64,000 nt of DNA from Candidatus Latescibacterota bacterium (GTDB lineage Bacteria; Latescibacterota; UBA2968; UBA8231): NCBI GenBank assembly GCA_965261395.1, contig OZ253462.1:4736001-4800000 (forward strand). The letters are read 5' to 3'. Position numbers and translations under genes: made by a program. Each line of letters opens with the position of its first letter. Position 1 is the first letter of the stretch. The notes under the pieces were generated by a model, which was not told the origin of the DNA, made no database searches, and worked only from the letters and a program-made list of their open reading frames with translations. This document shows positions 36,173 to 45,972 of the stretch, in pieces.

Positions 36173-39100
36173 TCCCCCTCTCCCTTTCGCTACGCAATTT
36201 TCTCAGCTACGGCGAGGAGGTGCCGACGCTCGACTTTACCCAGTTCCACGTCGCCTGCCTCACGGGCGGCAATGGCCACGGCAAGTCCGCCCTGCTCGAC
36301 GGGATTACCTACGCCTTGTGGGGCCAAGCCCGCAAAAGCCGCAGCGACGAAGAACTGTGTCGGATCGGAGCCATAGAAATGCGGGTTGACTTCGACTTCG
36401 CCCTCGGCGAAAAGCACTTCCGCGTCATCCGCAGTTGGCGCCGCACCAAGCGAGGCGTTCCGGCCCTAGACCTGCAAGTAGAAAGCGACGGCGTCTTCCG
36501 CACTCTCAGCGAAGGTGAGGGCATTAATCCCACCCAGCGGCGCATCAACGAACTCCTATCCATGGACTACGACACCTTTGTCAACTCGGCCTTCATTGTC
36601 CAAGGGCGCGCCGACGAGTTCACCCAGAAAAACGCTAGACAGCGCAAGGAGGTCCTAGGGCGCATTCTCGGCCTAGGACGCTACGACCAACTCCAGGGCA
36701 TGGCTCGGGTCCGCTATCAAGAGCACCAGCGCCAGAGCGAGGCTCTGCAAACCCGCCTCGGCGAGCTCGATGCCGAATTGGCCAAGCGCGAAGGCTACGA
36801 ATCCGATTTGCGCACCGTCGACGATCACCTCGCTCTACTCGGCAGCGAAATCAGCAATCGAGAAAAAGCGCAAGCCGAGTTGGATGCCCAGCGCCTAGCG
36901 CTGACGCAGATCCGCCAGCGCGTCGCCGAGCTAGTGAGGGAGCAGCAGCGCGTTGCCGAACGGGCGCAGCAGGTCGCCGCCGAACTCGAAAACCTGCGGG
37001 AGCAGCAGCGCCAAGACGGCGAAATCCTAGCGGCCGCTGAATCCATCGAGCGGGACTTTGCGACCTACAACCAGCTTCGCACGCAAATCCGCCTAATCGA
37101 ACAAAAAGCTCAAGAGCACGGCGAGTTAGAGGCCCGCCGCCGTCAGCTAGAAGAGCGAATCGCCCAGGCGCGCCAAGAAGTGGAGCGACAGCAAGAGCGC
37201 TGGGCGGCCACCCTCGGCGAGCGACAGCGACAGCTCGACGAGCACCGAGCCTTGCTCAATCGAGAACAGACCATCGCCATCCGCTACGTCCAATTCAAAA
37301 CCCTGAGCGAGCAGTACCAAGCGTTCGAGCAGGCGCGGATTCGCTATGAGGATCTCCTCGGCGAGCGCCGTCGCCTCGAACACGAACTATCACTCGCAGA
37401 GGAACGCCGCAAAAGCCAGCGCCAAGCACTAGCCAAGCAATTGTCTCAGTTAGAACGAGCCATCGCCGAAGGGGAAACTCTAGCAGCCCACAACCGTCAG
37501 TTACAAGCGCAACGGACCCAATTGCAGGCCAAAGTCGAGGAACAGGATCGCCTTAAGGACGAGGGCCACGATCTCAATGCCCAGATCATTGAACGGCAGC
37601 AGAAGCTCCGCGCCGAAGAGGAAGAACTGGCCAACGAGCGCCAACAGGCTCAGGTCTTGGCTAGTTCCGAGGACGCCAATTGCCCATTGTGCGGCAGCGC
37701 CCTCGACGTCGAACACCGCCAGCGGGTCGCGGCAGAACTCTCGCAGCGGGAAGACCGCCATCAAGAGCGCATCGCCGCCCTCGGTAGAGAACTCGTCACT
37801 CTCGACGACCAGTTGCAAAAGATGCGCGCGCACTACAAGACCCTCGGCGAGGAAATCGCTCCTCTCCAGCAGATACACCAAGAACTGGCCGCCGGGGAGG
37901 CCCGTCTTGGGCAATTGCGAGAGTCGGCCGCCGAGGCCCAGTCGCTAACCGAGCAATTAGCCACTCTCGACCGCGAACTCAGCGACCAATCATACGCCCC
38001 CAGCGAACGCGAACGCCTACACAAACTAGCCGGGGAAATCGAGCTATTGGGCTACAGCAGCGCCGAGCACGAGGCGCTGCGCCAAAAGCTCGCCGAGTTG
38101 CGCCCGGTCGAGGCCGAGCACGCCCGCTTGCAGGACGCCAAAAGCCAAGCCGAGCGGCTCAACAGCGATCGGGCCGAAGCCCAGAACCAACTCGACCAAG
38201 CAGACCGCCAGCTCGCCGAGGCCCGCTATGCCCAAGAGGAACGGGAACAACTCGGCCAAGTCGAGCAGCAGCTCGCAGCCCTAGGCTACGATAGTGCCGA
38301 GCACCAGCAGTTGCGCCTGCAACAAGACGACCTGCGCGACAGCGCGCGGCAATTCGAGCGCCTGCAAAACGCCCGCGAACGCCGTGCTTCGGCCAGTGAA
38401 TCGCGGGTGCGCTACGAGGCCGAAGCCTCTACTCTAGCTGAACAATTGCAGGCCGCGCAAAAAGAACAGGAAAGGTTACACCAACGAGCCTGTGAGTTGG
38501 AAGGCGTCGATAGGCAACTCGGCGAAAGCCAAGCCCTCTTGGAAAAGTTGCGGGTCGAGCGGGACCAACACCTCCAGCGCCGGGGCAGTATAGAAGCCCT
38601 GTGCGCGCGCTGCGCCGAACTGGCGCAGGAACGGGACGCGTTGCGCCAAGACCTGCAAGGCACCCAGCGACAGGCCTGGATCTACCAGCAGCTCGACAAG
38701 GCATTCGGCAAGGATGGGATCCAAGCGCTGATCATTGAAAATGCCGTACCGCAGATCGCCGACGAAGCCAACGCCATCCTCGCACGCCTAACCGACAACC
38801 GCATCCAAATCGCCTTTGAATCGCTGCGCGACCTCAAAAAAGGCGGCACCCGCGAAACTCTCGACGTCAAGATCGCCGACGAGATTGGCGAGCGCTCCTA
38901 TCACCTCTATTCCGGGGGCGAGGCATTCCGCACTAATTTCGCCTTGCGCATCGCGCTCTCCAAGGTGCTGGCCATGCGCTCGGGCACCCGTTTGCACACG
39001 CTCTTTATCGACGAGGGCTTTGGCACCCAAGACGAGCAGGGGCTGGAACAACTCATCGAAGCCATCCAAAAAATCAGCGAGGATTTCAAAAAGGTGTTGA

Positions 39101-39204
39101 TCGTCACGCATCTCGACCAACTTAAGGAGGCCTTTCCAGTGCAAATCGAAGTCGCCAAACACCCCGACTTAGGCTCGCGTTTCTCCGTGACGCAGCACGC
39201 CTAG
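36169..39204 (+). CDS. sbcC: SbcC/Rad50 SMC-like ATPase
   Basis: GGNGHGKS, long coiled coil, CPLCG zinc hook, SGGE, FIDEGFG, H-loop; ATGA overlap with sbcD. Confidence 0.93.
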   Translation: MIPLSLSLRNFLSYGEEVPTLDFTQFHVACLTGGNGHGKSALLDGITYALWGQARKSRSDEELCRIGAIEMRVDFDFALGEKHFRVIRSWRRTKRGVPALDLQVESDGVFRTLSEGEGINPTQRRINELLSMDYDTFVNSAFIVQGRADEFTQKNARQRKEVLGRILGLGRYDQLQGMARVRYQEHQRQSEALQTRLGELDAELAKREGYESDLRTVDDHLALLGSEISNREKAQAELDAQRLALTQIRQRVAELVREQQRVAERAQQVAAELENLREQQRQDGEILAAAESIERDFATYNQLRTQIRLIEQKAQEHGELEARRRQLEERIAQARQEVERQQERWAATLGERQRQLDEHRALLNREQTIAIRYVQFKTLSEQYQAFEQARIRYEDLLGERRRLEHELSLAEERRKSQRQALAKQLSQLERAIAEGETLAAHNRQLQAQRTQLQAKVEEQDRLKDEGHDLNAQIIERQQKLRAEEEELANERQQAQVLASSEDANCPLCGSALDVEHRQRVAAELSQREDRHQERIAALGRELVTLDDQLQKMRAHYKTLGEEIAPLQQIHQELAAGEARLGQLRESAAEAQSLTEQLATLDRELSDQSYAPSERERLHKLAGEIELLGYSSAEHEALRQKLAELRPVEAEHARLQDAKSQAERLNSDRAEAQNQLDQADRQLAEARYAQEEREQLGQVEQQLAALGYDSAEHQQLRLQQDDLRDSARQFERLQNARERRASASESRVRYEAEASTLAEQLQAAQKEQERLHQRACELEGVDRQLGESQALLEKLRVERDQHLQRRGSIEALCARCAELAQERDALRQDLQGTQRQAWIYQQLDKAFGKDGIQALIIENAVPQIADEANAILARLTDNRIQIAFESLRDLKKGGTRETLDVKIADEIGERSYHLYSGGEAFRTNFALRIALSKVLAMRSGTRLHTLFIDEGFGTQDEQGLEQLIEAIQKISEDFKKVLIVTHLDQLKEAFPVQIEVAKHPDLGSRFSVTQHA

Positions 39205-39217
39205 CCTCTTGCCCATT

Positions 39218-40183
39218 ATGACCCATTACGACGAATACCACGCCGCCCGCACTGGCGCGGCCCTACGCGACGCGCAAGCCTCGTTTCGCTTGTACATGCG
39301 CGGTGCCGATCATCTCGATTTCCTGCACCGCATGACCTCCAACGACTTCCATAACCTGCAACTAGGGCACGGCCTCGAAGCGGTCTTTATCGAACAGCGG
39401 GCGCGGATTCTCGACCTCGCCACCTGCTATCGCAGCCCAGACTCCACCGCCTTGATCCTAAGTCCCGATTCGCGCGCCACAATTCCCGCTTGGTTGGACC
39501 GCTTTATCTTTGCCGAGGCCCTCGAATTGGCAGACCGCACAGACGAGACGGCCATGTTCGAGCTTATCGGCCCACACGCCGTCCGGCTAGTCGCCCACCT
39601 ATTGGACGCGGATCTGGCAAAATTTCAGGATCACCAACTGCTCGATCCACAGGTTGTGGACGGCCTGTGGCTGGCGCGCACGGCCGAGCCAGGGCTGCGC
39701 GCCTTCGGGCCACCCGCCGCCGTGGATCCCCTTTGGCAGCGTCTTACCGCCGCAGGTGCTCATCCAATAGGGGCGGCGACGTGGGAAATCCTGCGCGTCG
39801 AACAGGGCCTTCCCCTGCTCGAGCGGGAGTTGACCCAAGATTACAACCCCTGGGAAGCGGGGCTTGATCGCGCTATTCATTTAGATAAAGGCTGCTATAT
39901 CGGCCAAGAAGTCATCGCCCGCCTAGACACCTACGACAAAGTCAAGCAGCATCTAGTCGGGCTGCGGCTCTCCGACGCCGAACTACCGGCAACGGGGCAA
40001 CCGCTGCGCGATGGAGCGCGCGAAGTAGGGCGCATCACTTCTGCGGTCCATTCTCCAAGCCTCGGCCCGATTGCTCTCGCCTATGTGCGGCGGAGCGCTT
40101 GCGCCGAGGGCACTGCGCTAGATGCGGCCGGAGCGCAGGCCACCGTAGTTTCCCTGCCTTTTTTGTTGCATGAGTCCCGCTAG
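39218..40183 (+). CDS. ygfZ: YgfZ/GcvT-like folate-binding Fe-S cluster repair protein
   Basis: Signature KGCYIGQEVIAR, GcvT-like C-terminus VGRITSA...IALAYV. Confidence 0.85.
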   Translation: MTHYDEYHAARTGAALRDAQASFRLYMRGADHLDFLHRMTSNDFHNLQLGHGLEAVFIEQRARILDLATCYRSPDSTALILSPDSRATIPAWLDRFIFAEALELADRTDETAMFELIGPHAVRLVAHLLDADLAKFQDHQLLDPQVVDGLWLARTAEPGLRAFGPPAAVDPLWQRLTAAGAHPIGAATWEILRVEQGLPLLERELTQDYNPWEAGLDRAIHLDKGCYIGQEVIARLDTYDKVKQHLVGLRLSDAELPATGQPLRDGAREVGRITSAVHSPSLGPIALAYVRRSACAEGTALDAAGAQATVVSLPFLLHESR

Positions 40184-41075
40184 GACCGGCGGACACCGCA
40201 AGATAGTCCACATTGGGATTGATAGCGGCCCGCCCAGCCGCGACACCCGGGTTTGCGCCGAATTCGCCGCGCTCCTGCGCGAATACACCGATTGGATCGA
40301 ATGGGGCGACGGCTACGCCATCCTCGACGTCACCGACAATAAGCTCGACATCCCCTTCGGAATGCGCGTCGCCAAGATGATCAAGAGCGATATCAAGCGG
40401 CAGCTAGGCTGGAGCGTTTCCGTGGGGTTAGCGCCCAGCAAGTTCTTGGCGCGGCTGGCCATGGAGCGCCAGCGGCCCGATGGCCTGACGGTCGTGCTGC
40501 CCGAACAGATACGGGAATTTCTCGCCGACGTGCCCATTGACCAACTCCCCGGCGTGGGGGCCATTACGCGCCAGCAACTCGCGGCCATGCAAATAGAGCG
40601 CGTCGGTTCGCTAGCCCAAGTGCCGCTGAACGAACTCGTGCGCCGCTTTGGCCAGCGGGGCAGCAGCTTTTGGCACCTCGCCCAAGGCTGGGACGACGAC
40701 CCCGTCTCCCCGGTCGAGCAACTCAGCCAAATCCGTGAGGAAACCTCCTTTGCCGCCCCGATGTACACCCGTGAGGAAATGCGCGATGCCTTGCGCGAAC
40801 TCGCCGCCGTGCTCTGTGGGCGCTTGCGGCGCAGGGGACTACAAGCGCGCGACGTCATCCTAGAGGTGCGCTATCCGGATTTTCGCACCGCGACGCGCAC
40901 ATCGCGCTTAGCCACCTTTACCGACCGCGCCCAAACCGTCTTCGCGGCCGCCTGCGAGCTGTTAGAGGACACAGAGGCCAGCGACTTGGGCACGCGCCTG
41001 CTCGGCATTGGGTTGGGGGGATTTGCCGACGGGGAGATCGAACAGCTCGATCTGTTCACCGGTGAAAAACGCTAG
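40170..41075 (+). CDS. DinB-like Y-family polymerase homologue, fingers deleted and catalytic residues lost
   Basis: SVGLAPSKFLA, RPDG, LPGVG HhH, little-finger domain, C-terminal QLDLF; the DxD and DE motifs are degenerate. Confidence 0.85.
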   Translation: MSPARTGGHRKIVHIGIDSGPPSRDTRVCAEFAALLREYTDWIEWGDGYAILDVTDNKLDIPFGMRVAKMIKSDIKRQLGWSVSVGLAPSKFLARLAMERQRPDGLTVVLPEQIREFLADVPIDQLPGVGAITRQQLAAMQIERVGSLAQVPLNELVRRFGQRGSSFWHLAQGWDDDPVSPVEQLSQIREETSFAAPMYTREEMRDALRELAAVLCGRLRRRGLQARDVILEVRYPDFRTATRTSRLATFTDRAQTVFAAACELLEDTEASDLGTRLLGIGLGGFADGEIEQLDLFTGEKR

Positions 41076-42334
41076 GCCGCGGCCTGCGGCAATACCGAAT
41101 CTCCATAGGGCAGCGTCCAGATCCGGGCCTCGGGGCCGACCACCTCATACGCGGCCGCCACAGCTTGGCCTAGGTCGTCAAAGGGCACTAAGCCGATGCG
41201 GCCGATGGCCTCAGCCGACAACGACGAGACCAAATGCACGCGGGCCTTTTTCAGTACCGCGGCAATGGCTGCGGCCTTGTGCCCACCCAAGACGAATTCC
41301 CGCTCAATGCGCGCGAGAATCCCGTCGGCCGAATCTGCCTCCTGCAACCAAGAGGCAAAGGTAGCGCTGCCTAGCCCCTCTCGACATTCGGCCACCCAAA
41401 CGATGACGCCTCCCTCACGCACGGCATGCACGGCGTTGTCGAGGGCCTTTTGCGCCTGGTACATATTGACATCTAGTGGATAGCCGCCCGCGCTGACGAG
41501 GACGATATCAGCGCATCGCGCAATGGGCACGGCCCCGCGCTCGGCCACCCGCTCGCACCCTTTGCAGTGGGCCTCTCGCGCGTGCCCGGCAAAGGCAGCG
41601 ACAATACGGTGGCGATCGTCGACGATCACATTGAGGATGAAGTCGATCCCCAGCATGGCCGCCCCTTCTTCTAAATCTTCCCGCACCGGGTTGCCCTCAA
41701 GTCGCCCGGTCTCCGCGCCAGGCCGGGCCATCAGGCCGTGGTTGGCCGCTATGGCGCTGGGAGAGGCACAGCCGGGCAAGACCGCCTTGGCCCCGCCCGA
41801 AAAGCCGGCGAAGTAGTGGAATTCCAAGTTGCCCAAACAGATCCGCACATCAGCCTCCACCAGGGGACGGAAGAGCTCCACGGGCGTACCGCGGGAAGTG
41901 ACGCCTAGCCGCACCACGTCTTGTGGATCGTGGTTCACCACCCGCACCCGAGCATAGACCTCCGACCCGACCAAGGCGGCCAGTTCGGCTGCGGTCTGCG
42001 CTCGGTGCAGCCCCAAGGCCACGACCACGGTCACGTCAGCGTCTGGCACGCCGGCCGCGGCGAGTTCCTCCAGCACCGGCGGCAACAGGCGACCCGTCGG
42101 GCAGGGCCGGGTCATATCACTTACGACAATCGAGACCTGCTGGCCGGGCCGCACCAGCGTGCGCAATGCCGACGTGCCCACGGGCCGGGCCAGCGCATCC
42201 TGCACCAATGCGTGCTCCGCGCCGTCGTTGCATTGTTCCGCTCTCGGCAGAACGATGCCTAGCAGGTGCTCACTAGGCACCGCGACTTGCAGGTGGGAGT
42301 CGCCAAAGGGCAACTCGATTTGAGTCACAGCCAT
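41072..42334 (-). CDS. larA: LarA-family nickel-pincer racemase/epimerase
   Basis: SDMTRP, ALGLH, NHD, HYFAGFSGGAK, NH, YQAQK. Confidence 0.88.
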   Translation of the reverse strand: MAVTQIELPFGDSHLQVAVPSEHLLGIVLPRAEQCNDGAEHALVQDALARPVGTSALRTLVRPGQQVSIVVSDMTRPCPTGRLLPPVLEELAAAGVPDADVTVVVALGLHRAQTAAELAALVGSEVYARVRVVNHDPQDVVRLGVTSRGTPVELFRPLVEADVRICLGNLEFHYFAGFSGGAKAVLPGCASPSAIAANHGLMARPGAETGRLEGNPVREDLEEGAAMLGIDFILNVIVDDRHRIVAAFAGHAREAHCKGCERVAERGAVPIARCADIVLVSAGGYPLDVNMYQAQKALDNAVHAVREGGVIVWVAECREGLGSATFASWLQEADSADGILARIEREFVLGGHKAAAIAAVLKKARVHLVSSLSAEAIGRIGLVPFDDLGQAVAAAYEVVGPEARIWTLPYGDSVLPQAAA

Positions 42335-42347
42335 AGCTCCTCCTCAA

Positions 42348-42569
42348 TTAGTCGAGGGCGCAGGCACCAGCACCGCGTGGATCGCCGCAGGTTCCACACG
42401 GCCCTATTGGCTCGCGCTCGCTGGCGGCGCGGCCGGCAACGGCAAAACTCGACAGCTTCTTCTCCAACCGCACGCTCTCACAAGACGGGCAAGCGGGCCT
42501 AGCCGCCCCTTGTATGAGCACGTCGAACTCCGCGCCGCACTCCTTGCAGGCGTATTCAAAAATCGGCAT
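42348..42569 (-). CDS. FmdB-family zinc-ribbon protein
   Basis: MPIFEYACKECG...CPSC...KKLSSF, Cys-rich tail CGTCG...C. Confidence 0.88.
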   Translation of the reverse strand: MPIFEYACKECGAEFDVLIQGAARPACPSCESVRLEKKLSSFAVAGRAASEREPIGPCGTCGDPRGAGACALD

Positions 42570-42572
42570 GGC

Positions 42573-43097
42573 TCAGGCTCCGTGTAGGGCCGGCTGATAC
42601 AGGCCCACGCTGTAGAATTCATAAGAAGCAGCTTTGTCCGGGAAATCAACTACGTGCACCGTGAAGCGGGCTGGCACCCCGGTGTCGGGCATACAGTCGC
42701 GGAAAAAGCGGCTATAGGCTTGGGCGTATTCCTGATAAATGCGCTGTTGTTCCTCGTGAAAGCGCTGCGGATCAGTCAGCGGATTGACGTCCTTGGGCTG
42801 AGCGCCGAAAGCGTGTACCTCGATAAAATCTATCTGGGCAATCGAGTCGCAAATCTCGGCTTCCTGCAGCCACTTCTCCCAACAGCGGAAGACCAGCTCA
42901 ACCTCGACGGCAGGCGTCATCCTCACCAACTCGTCGCGGCCGAGGATCCCATGCGCCGAATGCCCGCCGGTCAAGCCGGCGAAATAGATCTTCAAGTCGC
43001 CATTGCCCAGCGCCTCGATCACCAAGGCCGATAAGGTGGGGTGGCCCCCGTTGTAGTAATAGGTCACTCGGCCGCGTTGCTTGACGTTAAATGCCAT
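42573..43097 (-). CDS. Hypothetical protein, divergent RidA/YjgF-like fold
   Basis: C-terminal YSRFF...PARFTVHVVDFP...YEF resembles the Rid PAR..V.V..LP....VEI motif; start at MAFNV. Confidence 0.55.
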   Translation of the reverse strand: MAFNVKQRGRVTYYYNGGHPTLSALVIEALGNGDLKIYFAGLTGGHSAHGILGRDELVRMTPAVEVELVFRCWEKWLQEAEICDSIAQIDFIEVHAFGAQPKDVNPLTDPQRFHEEQQRIYQEYAQAYSRFFRDCMPDTGVPARFTVHVVDFPDKAASYEFYSVGLYQPALHGA

Positions 43098-43116
43098 AAA
43101 AGCCCTTTCGCTTGGG

Positions 43117-45972
43117 TTAGAGTGCTTCGACAAAAATCTCGGCCCAATGCCGCGCCCGACGCCCGGTAAAATCGGCAATCTGATGGCGGCACGAGGTGCC
43201 TACGGCCGCGATCTCCACGTCCTCCGCTGCCGCCTCTAGCACGGCAAAAAGCCGCTCCTGCCCCACCGCGCGCGATATTTCAAAGTGCTCTTTCTCATAG
43301 CCGAAACTGCCGGCCATCCCACAACAGCCCGACGGGATTTCCTCGGCGCGAAAGTAGGGTGGCATGTTGAGCACGGCCAATGTCGCGGCCGTGCCCGTCA
43401 GGGCCTTTTGATGGCAGTGGCCATGCACCAAAATATGGCGGATGGTCCCGGTAAACTCCAAATCGAGCGGGGATTCGCGGACGAGAAAGTCCTCGAGCAG
43501 GACCACCTGCTCGGCCACGAGTCGGCTTTGCGGATCGTCAACTAAGTCTAGGTAATCGTCGCTGAGAGCCGACGCGCAACTCGGCTCCAGCCCGATGATC
43601 GGCACCCCTTCCTCGGCCCAAGGCGCGAGTACCTCCACATTGTGCTGCGCCAAGGCGCGAGCGCGGTCGAGAAAGCCTTTGGATATGAACGGCCGGCCGC
43701 AACAGACCTTGTTGGCGACCAAGACGACCTCGTACCCGGCGCGCTCCAAGATAATCGTCGCCGCCATGCCAATAGCCGGCTCATTGTATTCGACGAAGGT
43801 GTCGTTGAACAGCACGACGCGCCCTTTGGTGCCTCGGGCCGGACGCCGCCCGGCAAACCAGCGCGAAAACGGCTGGCGGGCAAAGGCCGGCAGTCGCCGC
43901 CGCCGGTCAATGCCCAAAAACGCATCCAACAGCCAGCGATTGAACCGACTGCGACCGATCCAATTCGACAGCGGTGCCAACGCCGATCCCAAGCGGCTAA
44001 TGCGGGCTATGTTGGCAAAGAGCCGCGACCGCAGCGGATAGCCGTGTTCGCGATGGTAGTGGGCGAGAAATTCGTACTTGAGCTTGGCCATATCCACGCT
44101 CGACGGACACTCGGTCTTGCAGGCTTTGCACTCCAAGCAGAGATCCATCACGCGGTGGACTTCATGGCTGTGCAGGCCGTCGGGCAACGTGCCAGCGAGC
44201 GCGGCGCGCAAGGCATTGGCGCGTCCGCGAGTGGTGTGTTCCTCATCCAAAGTCGCCATGTATGAAGGGCACATCGTGCCCACCAGCTTTTTGCGACAGT
44301 GTCCCACCCCAGAGCACATTTCAACGGCTTCCTGAAAGCCACCCGCCTCGCTAAAGCTGAAAAACGTCTCCACTTGGGGCGTCTGATAATCCTCGTGGTA
44401 GCGCAGGTTCTCGTCCATCCGCGGGGGGCGGGTGATCTTGCCGGGGTTCATAATCCCCTGTGGATCAAAGGCGTCCTTAACCTCGACAAAAGCCGCGACC
44501 AGCTCCGGGCTAAACATCTTGGCGATCCACTCGCTGCGAGCCAAGCCATCGCCGTGCTCGCCCGACATGGCTCCGCCGTATTCGCGCACCATATCGCTCA
44601 TCCGCTCCTCGATCTGGCGCAGGAGCTTTATGCCCTCGGGATCTTTGAGATTGAAGATCGGCCTGATGTGCAACAGGCCGACGCTCGCGTGCCCATAGAA
44701 TTCGGCCTCAATCCCCAATTCCGCCATCAGCGCGACCACCCGGCGGACGTACTCGGGCAGCTTGGCCACCGGGACGCAGGTATCCTCCACCCCAGGTTGG
44801 GGCTTGGGGTCGCCCTTCATGCCCATCAAAAGTCCCAATCCGGCCTTGCGTATCCCCCAAATCGCCTGCTGGTCTGCCGGATCGACAGACTGCACCCAAG
44901 CGTAGCCCATCCCGCGCTCCCGCAATCGCTCTTCCAATCCGTCCAGCTTGCGGCCCAGCTCGGTGGCCGAATCCGCGTAGTACTCGACGACGAGCAGGGC
45001 GGCTGGGTCGCCCTGCAAAAAGCGGCGACCCGGGGCGTGTTCGCTGGAGTCCTTGGTCTGGTCGAGCAGGATGTCGTCCATCAGCTCGCTGGCGACGGGC
45101 GAGGTCTCCAACGCGGCCAAATTGGCCTCCGTGGCCTCGACTAAGTCGTGGAAGTGAACGGCCACCAAGCCCTTATGAGCGGGTAGCTCCACCAAGTTCA
45201 ACCGCGCTTCGACCACCGCGCAGAGTGTGCCTTCCGAGCCGACGACTAGCTTGCTCAGATCAAAGGGAGCGCCGTCGATGAACTCGTCGAGATTGTAGCC
45301 CGAGACGCGGCGCATCACCTGTGGGAAGCCCGCGCGGATCTGCGCTTCGCGCTCGCGGACGATGCGGCGCACTTCGCGGTAGATGCGACCTTCGAGGCTG
45401 TCCAAGCCCGCGCGGCGGTCGCACTCTTCGTCGTCTAGCGACCCGAATACCGCTTGCGAGCCGTCGGCCAGCACCACCTTTAGCTCCTGCACATGGTCGA
45501 TGGTCTTGCCGTATATAATGGAGTGCGCACCGCAGGAATTGTTGCCGATCATTCCGCCGATATTGGCCCGGCTACTCGTGGAGACATCGGGCGCGAAAAT
45601 CAGGCCATAGGGCTGCAAGTAGGCATTGAGCTCATCGAGCACTAAGCCCGGCTGGACCCGGACCCAGCGCTCGTCCGGATCGAACTCCAAGATCCGGTTC
45701 ATGTATTTGGAAAAGTCGAGATGGACCGCGGCCCCCACCGACTGGCCCGCCAAACTCGTACCGCCACCCCGTGGCAAGACCGCCGCCCCGTGCTCAGCGG
45801 CAATTTTTACCGTGGCGACTACATCGGCCTCGTCTTTAGGCACGACCAGCCCCAAGGGCTCCATCTCGTAGATGCTGGCGTCGGTGCGGTAGAGCATGCG
45901 CGAAACAGCGTCAAAGCGCACTTCGCCTTGGATGGCCTGCTGCAAGGCCATCTCCAATATATTTCTATCCAT
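43117..45972 (-). CDS. FAD-binding and Fe-S oxidoreductase (GlcD-GlcF fusion, YdiJ/D-2-hydroxyacid dehydrogenase-like)
   Basis: PRGGGTSLAGQ, GSEGTL, GEHGDG, MNPGK, CSGVGHC, CLECKACKTECP, two CCG domains; start at MDRN. Confidence 0.9.
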   Translation of the reverse strand: MDRNILEMALQQAIQGEVRFDAVSRMLYRTDASIYEMEPLGLVVPKDEADVVATVKIAAEHGAAVLPRGGGTSLAGQSVGAAVHLDFSKYMNRILEFDPDERWVRVQPGLVLDELNAYLQPYGLIFAPDVSTSSRANIGGMIGNNSCGAHSIIYGKTIDHVQELKVVLADGSQAVFGSLDDEECDRRAGLDSLEGRIYREVRRIVREREAQIRAGFPQVMRRVSGYNLDEFIDGAPFDLSKLVVGSEGTLCAVVEARLNLVELPAHKGLVAVHFHDLVEATEANLAALETSPVASELMDDILLDQTKDSSEHAPGRRFLQGDPAALLVVEYYADSATELGRKLDGLEERLRERGMGYAWVQSVDPADQQAIWGIRKAGLGLLMGMKGDPKPQPGVEDTCVPVAKLPEYVRRVVALMAELGIEAEFYGHASVGLLHIRPIFNLKDPEGIKLLRQIEERMSDMVREYGGAMSGEHGDGLARSEWIAKMFSPELVAAFVEVKDAFDPQGIMNPGKITRPPRMDENLRYHEDYQTPQVETFFSFSEAGGFQEAVEMCSGVGHCRKKLVGTMCPSYMATLDEEHTTRGRANALRAALAGTLPDGLHSHEVHRVMDLCLECKACKTECPSSVDMAKLKYEFLAHYHREHGYPLRSRLFANIARISRLGSALAPLSNWIGRSRFNRWLLDAFLGIDRRRRLPAFARQPFSRWFAGRRPARGTKGRVVLFNDTFVEYNEPAIGMAATIILERAGYEVVLVANKVCCGRPFISKGFLDRARALAQHNVEVLAPWAEEGVPIIGLEPSCASALSDDYLDLVDDPQSRLVAEQVVLLEDFLVRESPLDLEFTGTIRHILVHGHCHQKALTGTAATLAVLNMPPYFRAEEIPSGCCGMAGSFGYEKEHFEISRAVGQERLFAVLEAAAEDVEIAAVGTSCRHQIADFTGRRARHWAEIFVEAL

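Noticed and set aside
36700-38700. Repetitive Q/E/R-rich sequence
   Set aside because: Ordinary SbcC coiled coil; no DNA-level tandem repeat
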